A stretch of DNA of 64,000 nucleotides from an uncultured Alphaproteobacteria bacterium (GTDB lineage: Bacteria; Pseudomonadota; Alphaproteobacteria; Rhizobiales; Xanthobacteraceae). The position numbers and the translations under genes were made by a program. Below are positions 9,703 through 19,532 of the stretch, in pieces. The stretch is taken from positions 21,319 through 85,318 of the forward strand of contig CAWFWC010000012.1 of the NCBI GenBank assembly GCA_963819465.1, in the 5' to 3' direction. The notes beneath the pieces were generated by a model that worked only from the letters and a program-made list of their open reading frames with translations, did no database searches and was not told where the DNA came from. Each line of letters opens with the position of its first letter. Positions within the stretch are counted from its first letter, which is position 1.

Positions 9703-11970
9703 TCATTCGTCGGCCAGCGGCCGGCCTTCCTTGGCGCGCAGGGCGCGTAGCACCGCTTCGGCCGTGATCGGCAATTCCATGATACGGACGCCGACGGCGT
9801 CGTGGATGGCATTCGCGATCGCCGGCGACACGCCGAACGTGCCCGACTCGCCGAGTCCCTTGGCGCCGAACGGGCCGCTTTTCTGTTCGGCCGTGACCAA
9901 TTCGTTGTCCATCGGCGGGATATCGGCAATGCCCGGGATCTTGTAGTCGGCGAGCGAGGCATTGGTGACCTGGCCGCCATCGAGATGCATTGCCTCGGAC
10001 AGCGAGAAGCCGAGCTGCATGATCGCGGCGCCGGTCAGCTGGGTCTTGGCGACAGCGGGATTGATCGGCTTGCCGCAATCGGCGGCGTTGACGAGCCGCA
10101 AGATGCGCACGTGCCCGGTCTCGGTATCGACCTCGACCTCGACTCCCGAGCCGCCGACCATCCAGAACGGCGTGACGTTTTCCGACATGCCCTTCGCATC
10201 CGGCGGCGCATAGCTCGGCACGAAGTTCGCCGAGCCGATGACATTGCCGGCCTGCATGCCGTAGCGCTTCTTGAAGATCTCGACCGGCGGATAATTAGTC
10301 CCTTCGGGCAGGCCCGCTTCGGCGGCAAGCGCGCGCAATTTGGCGCGCGCGTCCTCGGCGGCGAGCCGCACCGCATTACCCATGTGGTACAGCGAACGCG
10401 AGCCGAGCGTGCCCATGTCGTAAGGCGTGACGTCGGTATCGGAATGAATAACGCGGACGTCTTCGGCGTTCACGCCGAGCACCTCGGCGACGATCAGCGC
10501 ATAGGCGGTGTCCGAGCCCTGCCCCATATCGACCGTGCCGGTGAGCAGCGTGATGCTGCCGTCGGCGGAGATGTTGATGATCGCAACCGAGGTGGTCGGC
10601 GAAATCACCGCTTTCAGCGCGATAGCGACGCCGCGGCCACGCTTCCGCGTGCCTTCGCCGCGATCGAACGGCGCGTTCCAGTTCATACGCTTGACGATGG
10701 ATTCGAACACGTCGGGAATGGCGGCGTCGTTGAGCACGGTGCCGCTCGCCTGCGGCCGGCCGTCGCGCAGCAAATTCTTGCGGCGAAATTCGACCGGATC
10801 CATCCCGATCTCGCGCGCGATCAGATCGGTGTGCGATTCATAGGCCCAGACCAGCTGGGGAATGCCGAAGCCGCGCAACGCGCCGGCCGGCGTTCGGTTG
10901 GTATAGATCTCGTAGGAATTGACGCTGACATTGTCGACGTCATAAGGGCCGGCGGCGGTGAAGCCGGATTTCTGCGCCACGCGCGGGCCGATATCCGCAT
11001 AGGCGCCGCCGTTCCAGAACACTTCGCATTTGCGCGCGATGATCTTGCCATCCTTGGTGACCCCGCTCTTGATGCGGAAGGTCGTCGGATGTTTGGTGAT
11101 CATGTAGAACTGCTCTTCCATGGTCAGCGCGATCTTCACCGGACGGCGCGTGAGCATGGCGAGCGAAGCGACCAGCGCTTCGAGCTTGATGTAGAGCTTG
11201 CCGCCGAAGCCGCCGCCGAGATACGGCACCTTCACGCGGACGCGATTTTCCGGCCAGCCGAACAGCCGCGCGATTTCGATGCGCACGAAGGACGGCGACT
11301 GGTTCGCGGTATAGAGCGTGAGCTTGTTGTCGCCGGGCTCGGCCACCGACACGAACGGCTCGAAAGCAAGATGCAGGCATTGCTGCGTCTTGAAGGTGTG
11401 TTCGAGCACATGGTCGGCTTTGGCCATGGCGGCATCGGCGTCGCCGCGCCGCAGATGATAGTCGAGCGCGACATTGGTGCCGCCGCGGCCTTTGAGATGT
11501 TTCAGATCGGCGAAAGTGCCGGCCGGTTTGAGAACGTCGTGAACGAGGATGTCGGGCTGCATGGCCTCGACTTCGTCATAGACTGCCGGCAGTTCCTCAT
11601 ATTCCGCAGTGATCAGCTGCACCGCCTGTTCGGCGACATGCGGATCGGTTGCCAGCACCACCGCGACCGGCTCGCCGACATGGCGCACTTTGTCGAGCGC
11701 CAAGATCGGCTGGTCGTGGAAAGCCGGGCCGTAATACGGCTCGGGAATAAGCTTCTGGATATCGGCCGCCGTGAAGACGCGATAGACACCCGGAAGCTCG
11801 CGCGCCGCTTGCGTGTCGATACTGACGATGCGCCCATGCGGCACCGTCGAGCGGAACACTTTACCGTAGAGCATGTTCGGCAAGCGCAGATGATGCGTGT
11901 AGTCGGCGCGGCCGGTGACTTTGGCGCGGACTTCAAGGCGCGGAATGTTTCTGCCGACCTGGTTCATCAC
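9703..11970 (-). CDS. Xanthine dehydrogenase family molybdopterin-binding large subunit (substrate unknown)
   Basis: This is a 755-aa ORF. The motif YLGGGFGGKLY and aldehyde oxidase/XDH a/b-hammerhead-like N-terminal features are present. I saw no CODH-type VAYRCSFR loop. Confidence 0.9.
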   Translation of the reverse strand: MMNQVGRNIPRLEVRAKVTGRADYTHHLRLPNMLYGKVFRSTVPHGRIVSIDTQAARELPGVYRVFTAADIQKLIPEPYYGPAFHDQPILALDKVRHVGEPVAVVLATDPHVAEQAVQLITAEYEELPAVYDEVEAMQPDILVHDVLKPAGTFADLKHLKGRGGTNVALDYHLRRGDADAAMAKADHVLEHTFKTQQCLHLAFEPFVSVAEPGDNKLTLYTANQSPSFVRIEIARLFGWPENRVRVKVPYLGGGFGGKLYIKLEALVASLAMLTRRPVKIALTMEEQFYMITKHPTTFRIKSGVTKDGKIIARKCEVFWNGGAYADIGPRVAQKSGFTAAGPYDVDNVSVNSYEIYTNRTPAGALRGFGIPQLVWAYESHTDLIAREIGMDPVEFRRKNLLRDGRPQASGTVLNDAAIPDVFESIVKRMNWNAPFDRGEGTRKRGRGVAIALKAVISPTTSVAIINISADGSITLLTGTVDMGQGSDTAYALIVAEVLGVNAEDVRVIHSDTDVTPYDMGTLGSRSLYHMGNAVRLAAEDARAKLRALAAEAGLPEGTNYPPVEIFKKRYGMQAGNVIGSANFVPSYAPPDAKGMSENVTPFWMVGGSGVEVEVDTETGHVRILRLVNAADCGKPINPAVAKTQLTGAAIMQLGFSLSEAMHLDGGQVTNASLADYKIPGIADIPPMDNELVTAEQKSGPFGAKGLGESGTFGVSPAIANAIHDAVGVRIMELPITAEAVLRALRAKEGRPLADE

Positions 11971-12842
11971 GCCACCTGTCGCGTGTCTTGGCCGAGCGCG
12001 CGCCGCACCGCGCGGCGCAGATAAACGCGCAGCAGCTCGCGCTTATAGGCGGCCGAGCCATGGGCGTCGGACAGAATCGAAGCCTCAATCGCGGCGGCAT
12101 CGCCGGCGCGCTTGAGCACGGCATCTTCCGCGACGGCGCCTTGCAGCAGCTTCTCGGCTTCCACCATGCGCGTGACCTTCTCGGTCGCCGCGCTCGCCAC
12201 CACGATCGGATCGCGGATCGCGCCGTCCGTGAGCGCAAAGGTCACCGCGACGCCGAGCGCCGGCCAATCTTCCGCGGTGCGCGATGTCACTTTCATGTAG
12301 GCCGCCTTGCGCGCGCCGAGCGCAGGCACCGTCACTTTGGTGATCAGCTCGTTCTTCTGCAGCACGGTCTCGTAATAGCCCGCGTAAAGCTGTTCGAGCG
12401 GCAGTTCGCGGGTGCCGTTCGCACTCCTGACCGTGATGCGCGCGCCAAGCGCGGTGAGCACCGGCGGCAGATCCATATGCGGATCACCATGCGCCAGCGC
12501 GCCGCCGACGCGGGCGACATTGCGAACGCGCGGATTGGAGAGCCGACCGAGCGCCCGTTTGAGCACCGGAAACAATTTTGCGACATCGGCGTCGTGCTCG
12601 AGCTGGCTCAGCGTCACCATGGCGCCGATCTGCAGTCCGCCGTCGGCGGTTGCGGAAATGCGGGAGAATTCCGGCTCGATCTTGTGCAGGCAGACGAGGC
12701 GGCTCGGCGCAAACACGCCGGCCTTCATCATCAGCATCAGCGCAGTACCGCCCGCCACCGGGCGGATCGTCGGGTCTTCCGGATCGAGCAGCGCCATCGC
12801 TTCGCCAAGCGAGGCCGGCTCTACCATGTCGAACGGAATCAT
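11967..12842 (-). CDS. Xanthine dehydrogenase family FAD-binding (CoxM-like) subunit
   Basis: The sequence PVAGGTALMLMMK...VRNVARVGGALAHGDPHMDLPP is characteristic. An ATGA overlap links it to the large-subunit start. Confidence 0.88.
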   Translation of the reverse strand: MIPFDMVEPASLGEAMALLDPEDPTIRPVAGGTALMLMMKAGVFAPSRLVCLHKIEPEFSRISATADGGLQIGAMVTLSQLEHDADVAKLFPVLKRALGRLSNPRVRNVARVGGALAHGDPHMDLPPVLTALGARITVRSANGTRELPLEQLYAGYYETVLQKNELITKVTVPALGARKAAYMKVTSRTAEDWPALGVAVTFALTDGAIRDPIVVASAATEKVTRMVEAEKLLQGAVAEDAVLKRAGDAAAIEASILSDAHGSAAYKRELLRVYLRRAVRRALGQDTRQVA

Positions 12843-12987
12843 TCGAAGCGTTCCACCCTCTTACGCGTTTGCCGGCCATATGCCGGGCCTATGTTGGAGC
12901 CGTTTTAAATCACACCTCGCTCCGCCGCGTCGAGCCGCCCGCGCGGCTGACGCCGTGACAAAACAGCATAGCCGATAACCGCTGGAT

Positions 12988-14521
12988 TCACGCGCGGTTC
13001 TGGCGCGGGCTCATGAAGCGGGCGCCGGCAACCACGCCGAGCGCGATCAGGCCGGGCACGATGGCCAGCCAGAGGCTGGCCGCGGCGACGGCCGCGGTCG
13101 CGGCCCAGCCGATCGAGGAGAAAGCCTCGGCGAAGGTGGCGGTGCGCGAGGACACCTGACGGCGGCGAAACTGGCTGCGCTTGGCCTGGGTGCGGAACCA
13201 GAGCTGGATCGAGGTCGCGGCCGCCGCGGCGACGACGATGCCGCACGCGGTGATCAGCGCATGCCGGGGCGAGGCGATGGCGAGCGCTACAAGCAGCGGA
13301 CCGAAGATGATGGCGATGACGCCAAGCACGGCCTCGACCTTGGCGCGGGTGATGAAGTGCCGCGGCACCGGCGCCGTGGCCACGAGATCCGGCGCGTCCT
13401 CGCCGGAAATCGCAAGCCAGGAGAGGCCGCCGGCAAGCTGGCCCGCGGCCATGACCAACACCGGCACCAGGAGCTGATAGGCACCGTTGCCGTCGTCAAA
13501 GCTGCGCCACAGCAGCACCGCGGGTGGGATCAGATACAGCATCTGCATCAGGGTCTGGGAGACAAGCCAAGGATCGCGGCGAAGCAGCAGCCACTCCTTG
13601 CGGCGCAGTGCGCCGCGCGGCGATCTTGCCGAAAGGAATGAGACCGAGCGGTTCTCACGTGCCGCACCTGAATTTGCGGCACCCGACGCCGTGATCGCAT
13701 AGTCGCCAAAGCGCGGTGCGACGAGGACGATGATTGCGGCAAGCAAGAGCAGGCTCACCGTCAGCACCGCAGCGAGCGCGCGGCCATCGCCCATGGCGGC
13801 GCGCGCCGGCAACCAGACGAGACTGTCGAGGGCGGGCGCATGCGCGATGACGGCCTGCGATTCCACCACCGAGACTCGCGATAGGGTCCCGTAGGACAGG
13901 ATCGCCGCCACTTGCAGCCCGATGATGAAGGCAGCCCCGATCACGGCGGCGACGACCTGCGCGACGAATCGCGTGCGCCTGGGTCCGACGGCGCGAAACA
14001 TCGCGACTGTGGTGGCCAAGGCAAGCGCCGCCGCCGCTGCGCCCATGGCGATGATCAGTCCGTAAGCGCCGGCCCACCGCCAGCCGCCGCGCAAGATCAA
14101 TATGTCGATGAACGGGACCGCCATCGGCAGCGCCATCATCGCGACCGACAGCGCGATGGTCGCCATGCGCACGGCAAAGACCTTTTCCGTGGACGCGGGC
14201 GAAGCGAGGATGAGATCGAGATCGGAGCGGCTGTAGAACGCGCGCGTCGCCGATTTCCATGGCCTGCGACATCATGAGGAAGAACGACAGCAGCACGCTC
14301 GCCGTGACCGCCACCAAGGTCGCCTTGTCGGCGGACGCATCGGCATAGGGGCCGACCATCCAGTAGGCGACGACATGCATGAAGACGACGAAAACGGCGA
14401 CGGCGATGATCGCGCGCGGCAACCGCTCACGCCGACCCGCAGTCATCATGGAGAGCCAGTCGCGCCAGGCGAGGCGCCACTCGTGACGAGCAAACCAAAG
14501 CGCCGTGCCCGGCTCGATCAT
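12988..14521 (-). pseudogene. ABC-2 type exporter permease, one frameshift
   Basis: The N-terminal part, MIEPGTALWFARHEWRLAWRDWLSMM...FLMMSQAME, lies in the frame of ORF 13655..14521. The continuation, FYSRSDLDLILASPASTEKVFAVRMATIALSV... through the polytopic C-terminus, lies in the frame of ORF 12988..14172. The junction falls in the (CG)n run at about 14239-14247. Confidence 0.65.
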
Positions 14522-15378
14522 TACGCGGCTTCGGCCTGCTCGGCGACCAGCGCAAGGAAGGTGTCTTCGAGGCTCGCGCCGCCTGTATCCCCGGCATTGC
14601 CGGCCGCAGCACCCCCTTGATGATTGACTTGCTGACTGACTTGCCGGCGCAGTTCCTCCAGCGAACCTTCGGCGATCAGCCGGCCGCGGCTGATGACGCC
14701 GATGCGGTCGGCCATGCGCTCGGCCACTTCAAGAATGTGCGTGGTCATGATGATGGTGCAGCCGGTACGCGCGCGTTCGCGCAACACATTCTTGACCTGG
14801 CGCGCGGAGCCGGCGTCGAGGCCGGTGAGCGGCTCGTCGAGAATGATGACTTGCGGATCGTGAACCAGCGCGCCGGCCAGCGCCACTTTCTGCCGCATGC
14901 CTTTGGAAAAGCCCTCGCAGCGCTCGTGCGCATGCGGCAGCAGTTCGAGCCAGTGCAGCAATTCGTGCGCGCGCGGCGCCGCGAGCTCCGGCGCGATGTC
15001 CCAAAGCCCGGCGATGAATTCGAGATATTCCTGCGGCGTGAGTTTGTCGTAGATCATCGGCTCGTCGGAGACCCACGCCATCACGTGCTTGGCGCGCACC
15101 GGGTCGGCGAGCGCGTCGATCCCGGCGACGCGGATGGAGCCGGCGTCGGGACGAACGAGCCCCGCGATCATCCGCAGCGTCGTGGTCTTGCCGGCGCCAT
15201 TGGGGCCGAGCAGCGCATAGAACTCGCCGGCGCGCACGGTGAGATCGAGATGATCGACCGCCGGGCGGCTGAAACTCTTGACCAGGCCGCGGATCTCGAG
15301 CGCGAACAAATCGGGAGCGAGCGAGGTGAAATGCTGCATGCGTGTCACGGGTTCGAGCGGCGCGTCAGGTGCGGCCAC
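14521..15378 (-). CDS. ABC transporter ATP-binding protein (ABC-2 exporter partner)
   Basis: Walker A (GPNGAGKTT), the signature FSKGMRQKVALA and Walker B (VIILDEP) are present. A 1-nt TAATG overlap links it to the permease start. Confidence 0.9.
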   Translation of the reverse strand: MAAPDAPLEPVTRMQHFTSLAPDLFALEIRGLVKSFSRPAVDHLDLTVRAGEFYALLGPNGAGKTTTLRMIAGLVRPDAGSIRVAGIDALADPVRAKHVMAWVSDEPMIYDKLTPQEYLEFIAGLWDIAPELAAPRAHELLHWLELLPHAHERCEGFSKGMRQKVALAGALVHDPQVIILDEPLTGLDAGSARQVKNVLRERARTGCTIIMTTHILEVAERMADRIGVISRGRLIAEGSLEELRRQVSQQVNHQGGAAAGNAGDTGGASLEDTFLALVAEQAEAA

Positions 15379-15473
15379 CCCGTCTAACCGACACTGGTTT
15401 CGGCATGGTGAATAGATTGCCGCGACCTTGATGGCCGCGGCAACAGGGTTAACGCTGAAAGACAGAAACCGAT

Positions 15474-17762
15474 TCAGCCTGCAGCGTTGAAGGCGGCGAG
15501 CGCCGCCATGTTGACGAGCTGGGCATCGTTGGCCGAGAGCGGCACGATCTGCACCGAACGGTCGAGCCCGACCAGCATCGGTCCGATCACATTCGCGCCG
15601 CCGAGTTCCATCAACAGCTTGGTGGAAATCGAGGCGGAGTGGATCGCCGGCATGATCAGCACATTGGCCGGACCGGACAGACGGCAGAACGGATAGGCTT
15701 CGCGCAGTTCCATATCGAGCGCGACGTCGGCCGCGATGTCGCCGTCATATTCGAAATCGACGCGCTGCTGATCGAGGATCTGCACGGCCTCCTGCATGCG
15801 CGTGGTGCGTTCGCTCACCGGATAGCCAAATGTCGAGGAGGCGAGCAGCGCCACCCGCGGATCGTAGCCGAGCGTCCGCGCGACACGCGCGGCCTCGATC
15901 GTGATCTCGGCGATTTCGCTAGCCGTCGGCAGTTCGGTCACCGCGGTGTCGGCCACGAGGACCGTGCGGCCGCGCGCCAAGACCAGCGAGACACCCATCA
16001 CGCGGTGGCCGGGCTTGGCGTCGATGCAGCGCCGGATATCTTCCAGCGCCACCGAGAAATTGCGGGTGACGCCGGTGACCATGGCGTCGGCGTCGCCGAG
16101 CGCCACCATGCAGGCGGCGAAGTGATTGCGGTCCTGATTGACTAGGCGCTGGCAGTCGCGCTGCAGAAAGCCGCGGCGCTGCAGCCGCTCGTACAGGTAG
16201 GCGGCATAGGCGGCGTTGCGCGATGACAGCGCGGCATTGATGATTTCGATGCCGTTTTGCTCACCTTGGCCGAGCTCGATGCCGAGCGCCTGCGCCGTGT
16301 CGCGGACCCGCTTCTCGCGGCCGCAGAGCAGCGCGGTCCCGAGACCCTGATGCACGAAGGCCGCCGCGGCGCGGATCACCTGCTCTTCCTCGCCCTCGGC
16401 AAAGACGACGCGGCGCGGCCGCCGCCGCAACCGTTCGTAGACATTGGTCAGGACGCCGGCGATCGGATCGAGCCGGCTGCGCAATTGCTGGCGATAGGTC
16501 TCCATGTTGGCGATCGGACGCCGCGCCACGTTGGAATCCATCGCGGCCTTGGCCACCGCCGGCGGCACGTCGGAAATCAGGCGCGGATCGAACGGTACCG
16601 GGATGATGTATTCGGGCCCGTATTTCGGCCGCGCGCCATAGGCGACGGCGACTTCGTCGGGCACGTCTTCGCGGGCGAGATCGGCAAGCGCATGCGCCGC
16701 CGCGATCTTCATCTCCATGTTGATGGCGCGGGCGCGCACGTCGAGCGCGCCGCGGAAGATATAGGGAAAGCCGAGTACATTGTTGATCTGGTTCGGATAG
16801 TCGGAGCGGCCGGTCGCCATGATGGCGTCGCTGCGCACTTCGGCGACCTCTTCCGGCGTGATTTCCGGATCCGGATTGGCCATGGCGAAGATGATCGGCT
16901 TGTCCGCCATCGACTTCACCATGTCCTTGGTGACCGCGCCTTTCACCGAAAGACCGAAGAACACGTCGGCGCCGGCAAGCGCTTCGGCGAGCGTGCGCGA
17001 TTTGGTTTTGACGGCGAAGCCCGACTTCCACTGATTCATGCCGTCGGTGCGGCCTTCATAGATCACGCCCTTGGTGTCGCAGAGGATCAAATTCTCCGGG
17101 CGGAAGCCGATGGCGCGCAACAGTTCGAGACAGGCAATGCCGGCGGCGCCGGCGCCATTGCAGACGATCTTGGTGTTCTTGATCTCGCGGCCGGTGAGTT
17201 CGAGTGCGTTGATCAGCCCGGCGGCGGCGATGATGGCGGTGCCGTGCTGATCATCATGGAACACCGGGATGTCGAGCAGCTCGCGCAGCCTCTGCTCGAT
17301 GATGAAGCATTCCGGCGCCTTGATGTCTTCGAGATTGATGCCGCCCCAGCCTTTGCCGAGCAGCTTGACGCAATTGATGAACTCGTCCGGGTCTTCGGTC
17401 GAGACTTCGATGTCGATCGAATCGATATCGGCAAAACGCTTGAACAGGACCGATTTGCCTTCCATCACCGGTTTGGCTGCCAGCGCTCCGCGATTGCCGA
17501 GCCCGAGAATGGCGGTGCCATTGGTGATGACGGCAACGAAATTACCTTTGGTGGTGTAGTCAAAAGCCTTGGTTTCGTCCTCAGCGATGGCCAGGACCGG
17601 AACGGCGACGCCCGGCGAATAGGCAAGCGACAGATCGCGCTGCGTCGCCATCGGCTTGGTGGCGACAACTTCGAGCTTTCCGGGTCGGCCCTGGCTGTGA
17701 AACAGCAGGGCTTCCTGGTCGGTAAAGGTAGGGCGGTTCACTCCGCCATTTTTGGAAGCCAT
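15474..17762 (-). CDS. maeB: NADP-dependent malic enzyme (malic enzyme + phosphotransacetylase-like domain)
   Basis: This is a 762-aa ORF. The N-terminus QGRPGKLEV...LSLAYSPGVA...VITNGTAILGLGN is followed by a C-terminal PTA-like domain, the classic MaeB architecture. Confidence 0.93.
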   Translation of the reverse strand: MASKNGGVNRPTFTDQEALLFHSQGRPGKLEVVATKPMATQRDLSLAYSPGVAVPVLAIAEDETKAFDYTTKGNFVAVITNGTAILGLGNRGALAAKPVMEGKSVLFKRFADIDSIDIEVSTEDPDEFINCVKLLGKGWGGINLEDIKAPECFIIEQRLRELLDIPVFHDDQHGTAIIAAAGLINALELTGREIKNTKIVCNGAGAAGIACLELLRAIGFRPENLILCDTKGVIYEGRTDGMNQWKSGFAVKTKSRTLAEALAGADVFFGLSVKGAVTKDMVKSMADKPIIFAMANPDPEITPEEVAEVRSDAIMATGRSDYPNQINNVLGFPYIFRGALDVRARAINMEMKIAAAHALADLAREDVPDEVAVAYGARPKYGPEYIIPVPFDPRLISDVPPAVAKAAMDSNVARRPIANMETYRQQLRSRLDPIAGVLTNVYERLRRRPRRVVFAEGEEEQVIRAAAAFVHQGLGTALLCGREKRVRDTAQALGIELGQGEQNGIEIINAALSSRNAAYAAYLYERLQRRGFLQRDCQRLVNQDRNHFAACMVALGDADAMVTGVTRNFSVALEDIRRCIDAKPGHRVMGVSLVLARGRTVLVADTAVTELPTASEIAEITIEAARVARTLGYDPRVALLASSTFGYPVSERTTRMQEAVQILDQQRVDFEYDGDIAADVALDMELREAYPFCRLSGPANVLIMPAIHSASISTKLLMELGGANVIGPMLVGLDRSVQIVPLSANDAQLVNMAALAAFNAAG

Positions 17763-18027
17763 TTCAATTTCCTATGGATACGCGACAACTGCGATTTGGC
17801 GGGGCGGCTGGAACTTTAGCGAACCGGTACGCCGTTGCTCAAGGGGCTGCAAGCAATGCTTGAGAGGGGCCAGGCAGGGCACGCCGCGTCACTACGGCGA
17901 GGGCGTTGCGACAAGGGTCGCATTGAACAAGCGCGCGCGGAAGGGTAATCCCTGCGGGTGCAGAGTCTCTCGACGAGTCGCCGCACCGGTTCGGCGGTCC
18001 GCAAAACTCATCCGCAAAAGACTTCCG

Positions 18028-18345
18028 ATGATCAGATTCCTGCTTCGCTTTCTCGGCCTGTGCCTTCTAGCAACGGCATTCGTGCTGTTCGTCTATGACG
18101 GCACCAAATCGATCGCCAATCACGACCTGGTCTACAGCAAGGTCGGCGACGTGTGGGCCATTGTCGACCAGAACAGTCTCAACTCGGCGCAGAGCTGGCT
18201 GAAGCAGAAATTCGCCTTCGCCTGGGATCCCTATGTGGAGAGGGGTTTCGATCTGCCGGCTTGGGCCGTCATCGGCGTAGCTGCGGCTTTCCTGATCGTG
18301 CTCGGCCGCAAGAAGAAGCCGCTGATCGGTTACGCGCGAGATTGA
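18028..18345 (+). CDS. Small membrane protein, unknown function
   Basis: The ATG at 18028 begins MIRFLLRFLGLCLLATAFVLFVY... A second hydrophobic segment is AWAVIGVAAAFLIVL. Confidence 0.55.
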   Translation: MIRFLLRFLGLCLLATAFVLFVYDGTKSIANHDLVYSKVGDVWAIVDQNSLNSAQSWLKQKFAFAWDPYVERGFDLPAWAVIGVAAAFLIVLGRKKKPLIGYARD

Positions 18346-18351
18346 CGCGGG

Positions 18352-19050
18352 ATGTGGCGCGCCGCGGATTTGCCCGTGCGACGCGGCGTTTCGCTTATCC
18401 TGATCGTGATCGCGATTCTTGTGCTCGCGCCTTACGTGATCGCGCCGTTTTACCGTTTCATCAATCCGGTCTCGATGCCGATGCTGTGGCGCTTCGCCAC
18501 CGGGGCGCGCGTCGATCGTCACTGGGTCCCCTTGAACCAGATTTCACCGGCACTGCCGCTGGCGGTGATCATCGCCGAGGACGGCACCTTCTGTGTGAAC
18601 CGCGGCATCGATCTCGGCGCCATGCGCGAGGCCTTGCGGCAATCGGGCGATGTCGGGGACTCGCGCGGCGCCTCCACCATCACCCAGCAGGCCGTAAAGA
18701 ACCTGTTCCTGTGGCAGGGCCGCAGCTACGTCCGCAAAGTGCTGGAAATCCCGCTGGCCATATGGCTCAACTTGGTGCTGCCGAAACGGCGGGTTTTGGA
18801 AATTTACCTCAACATCGTCGAATGGGGCCCGAACGCGGAATTCGGGGCCGAGGCGGGGTCCCGCTACGCCTTTGGGAAGTCGGCGCGCGATCTTACCCCC
18901 CATGAGGCGGCCGAACTGGCCGCGATCCTGCCCAACCCCTATCGGCGCAGCGCCCGTAACCCGGGGTTCCTGGTGCGCCGGCTGGCTGCGCTCTATGAAC
19001 GCCGCTCCGAGGCCTTTCCCGGGCACGCGGCCTGCGTCAGAGGCCCATAA
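18352..19050 (+). CDS. mtgA: Monofunctional biosynthetic peptidoglycan transglycosylase
   Basis: GT51 motifs are present: IIAEDGTFCVNRGIDL, GASTITQQAVKNLFL, RKVLEIPLA. There is a single N-terminal TM segment. Confidence 0.9.
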   Translation: MWRAADLPVRRGVSLILIVIAILVLAPYVIAPFYRFINPVSMPMLWRFATGARVDRHWVPLNQISPALPLAVIIAEDGTFCVNRGIDLGAMREALRQSGDVGDSRGASTITQQAVKNLFLWQGRSYVRKVLEIPLAIWLNLVLPKRRVLEIYLNIVEWGPNAEFGAEAGSRYAFGKSARDLTPHEAAELAAILPNPYRRSARNPGFLVRRLAALYERRSEAFPGHAACVRGP

Positions 19051-19073
19051 AGCGCGATTAGGCCTTTTATCCG

Positions 19074-19121
19074 GGGCATGACCTTTCCGAAAACCAACTC
19101 CCACTTTTCGGGGCCATGCCC
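19074..19121. repeat. REP-like palindromic element (copy 3, diverged)
   Basis: The sequence is gggcatgacctttccgaaaaccaactcccacttttcggggccatgccc, with 7-bp terminal arms gggcatg / catgccc. It lies downstream of mtgA. Confidence 0.5.
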
Positions 19122-19207
19122 TAGCAATACTGGGCCTGTTCTTCTATAAGGCGCGCCACCCCAAGAAACACGACCTGCAACACGACCTCATCAGGAGAAC
19201 GACCCCC

Positions 19208-19393
19208 ATGGCCGTGCCGAAACGAAAAACTTCGCCGTCGCGCCGCGGCATGCGCCGGTCGGCCGACGCGCTGAAGGCGTCAGCCTATGTCGAGGACAAG
19301 GATTCCGGCGAACTGCGCCGTCCGCACCATATCGATCTCAAGAGCGGCATGTATCGCGGCCGCCAGGTGCTGAAGAAGAAGGGCGAGGCGTAA
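19208..19393 (+). CDS. rpmF: 50S ribosomal protein L32
   Basis: The N-terminus [18 protein letters not shown] is the bL32 signature. The ORF is 61 aa. Confidence 0.95.
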   Translation: MAVPKRKTSPSRRGMRRSADALKASAYVEDKDSGELRRPHHIDLKSGMYRGRQVLKKKGEA

Positions 19394-19405
19394 GCTCGCC
19401 GGTCT

Positions 19406-19429
19406 GCCGCGGCCGCAATCGGCCGCGGC
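19406..19429 (+). terminator. GC-rich hairpin downstream of rpmF (no U-tract)
   Basis: Perfect 10-bp arms gccgcggccg / cggccgcggc enclose the loop caat. The hairpin starts 13 nt after the rpmF stop and is followed by gagatgcg, not a T-run. Confidence 0.35.
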
Positions 19430-19532
19430 GAGATGCGTTGCATGACACTATAGGGTTGTGCGACAAAAGGAGCGTGCAAGAGCCAGCTCAATTTGAGCCA
19501 CGCCACTTTGAGAGCGACGAAAGACGTCCGTC

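Noticed and set aside
9802-12024. A 740-aa ORF lies antisense to the XDH large-subunit gene. Similar long antisense ORFs are 16257..17819, 23849..25213, 26673..27857, 38332..39846, 43891..45417, 51012..52544, 54747..56123, 59631..60818 and 60896..61906.
   Set aside because: These are shadow ORFs typical of high-GC genomes. Their translations are Arg/Ala/Gly/Asp-rich with no motifs, and each lies opposite a gene that has strong family signatures.
9219-12842. The CoxM/L/S-like gene trio might encode an aerobic carbon monoxide dehydrogenase.
   Set aside because: The gene order is M-L-S rather than M-S-L. I could not find the form I active-site loop (VAYRCSFR) or the form II variant in the large subunit, and no coxDEFG accessory genes are adjacent.
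15395-15470. The hairpin ttgccgcg...cgcggcaa downstream of maeB might be an intrinsic terminator.
   Set aside because: The stem is only 8 bp with a loop of about 11 nt, and no T-tract follows on the minus strand. This is not enough evidence to annotate it.
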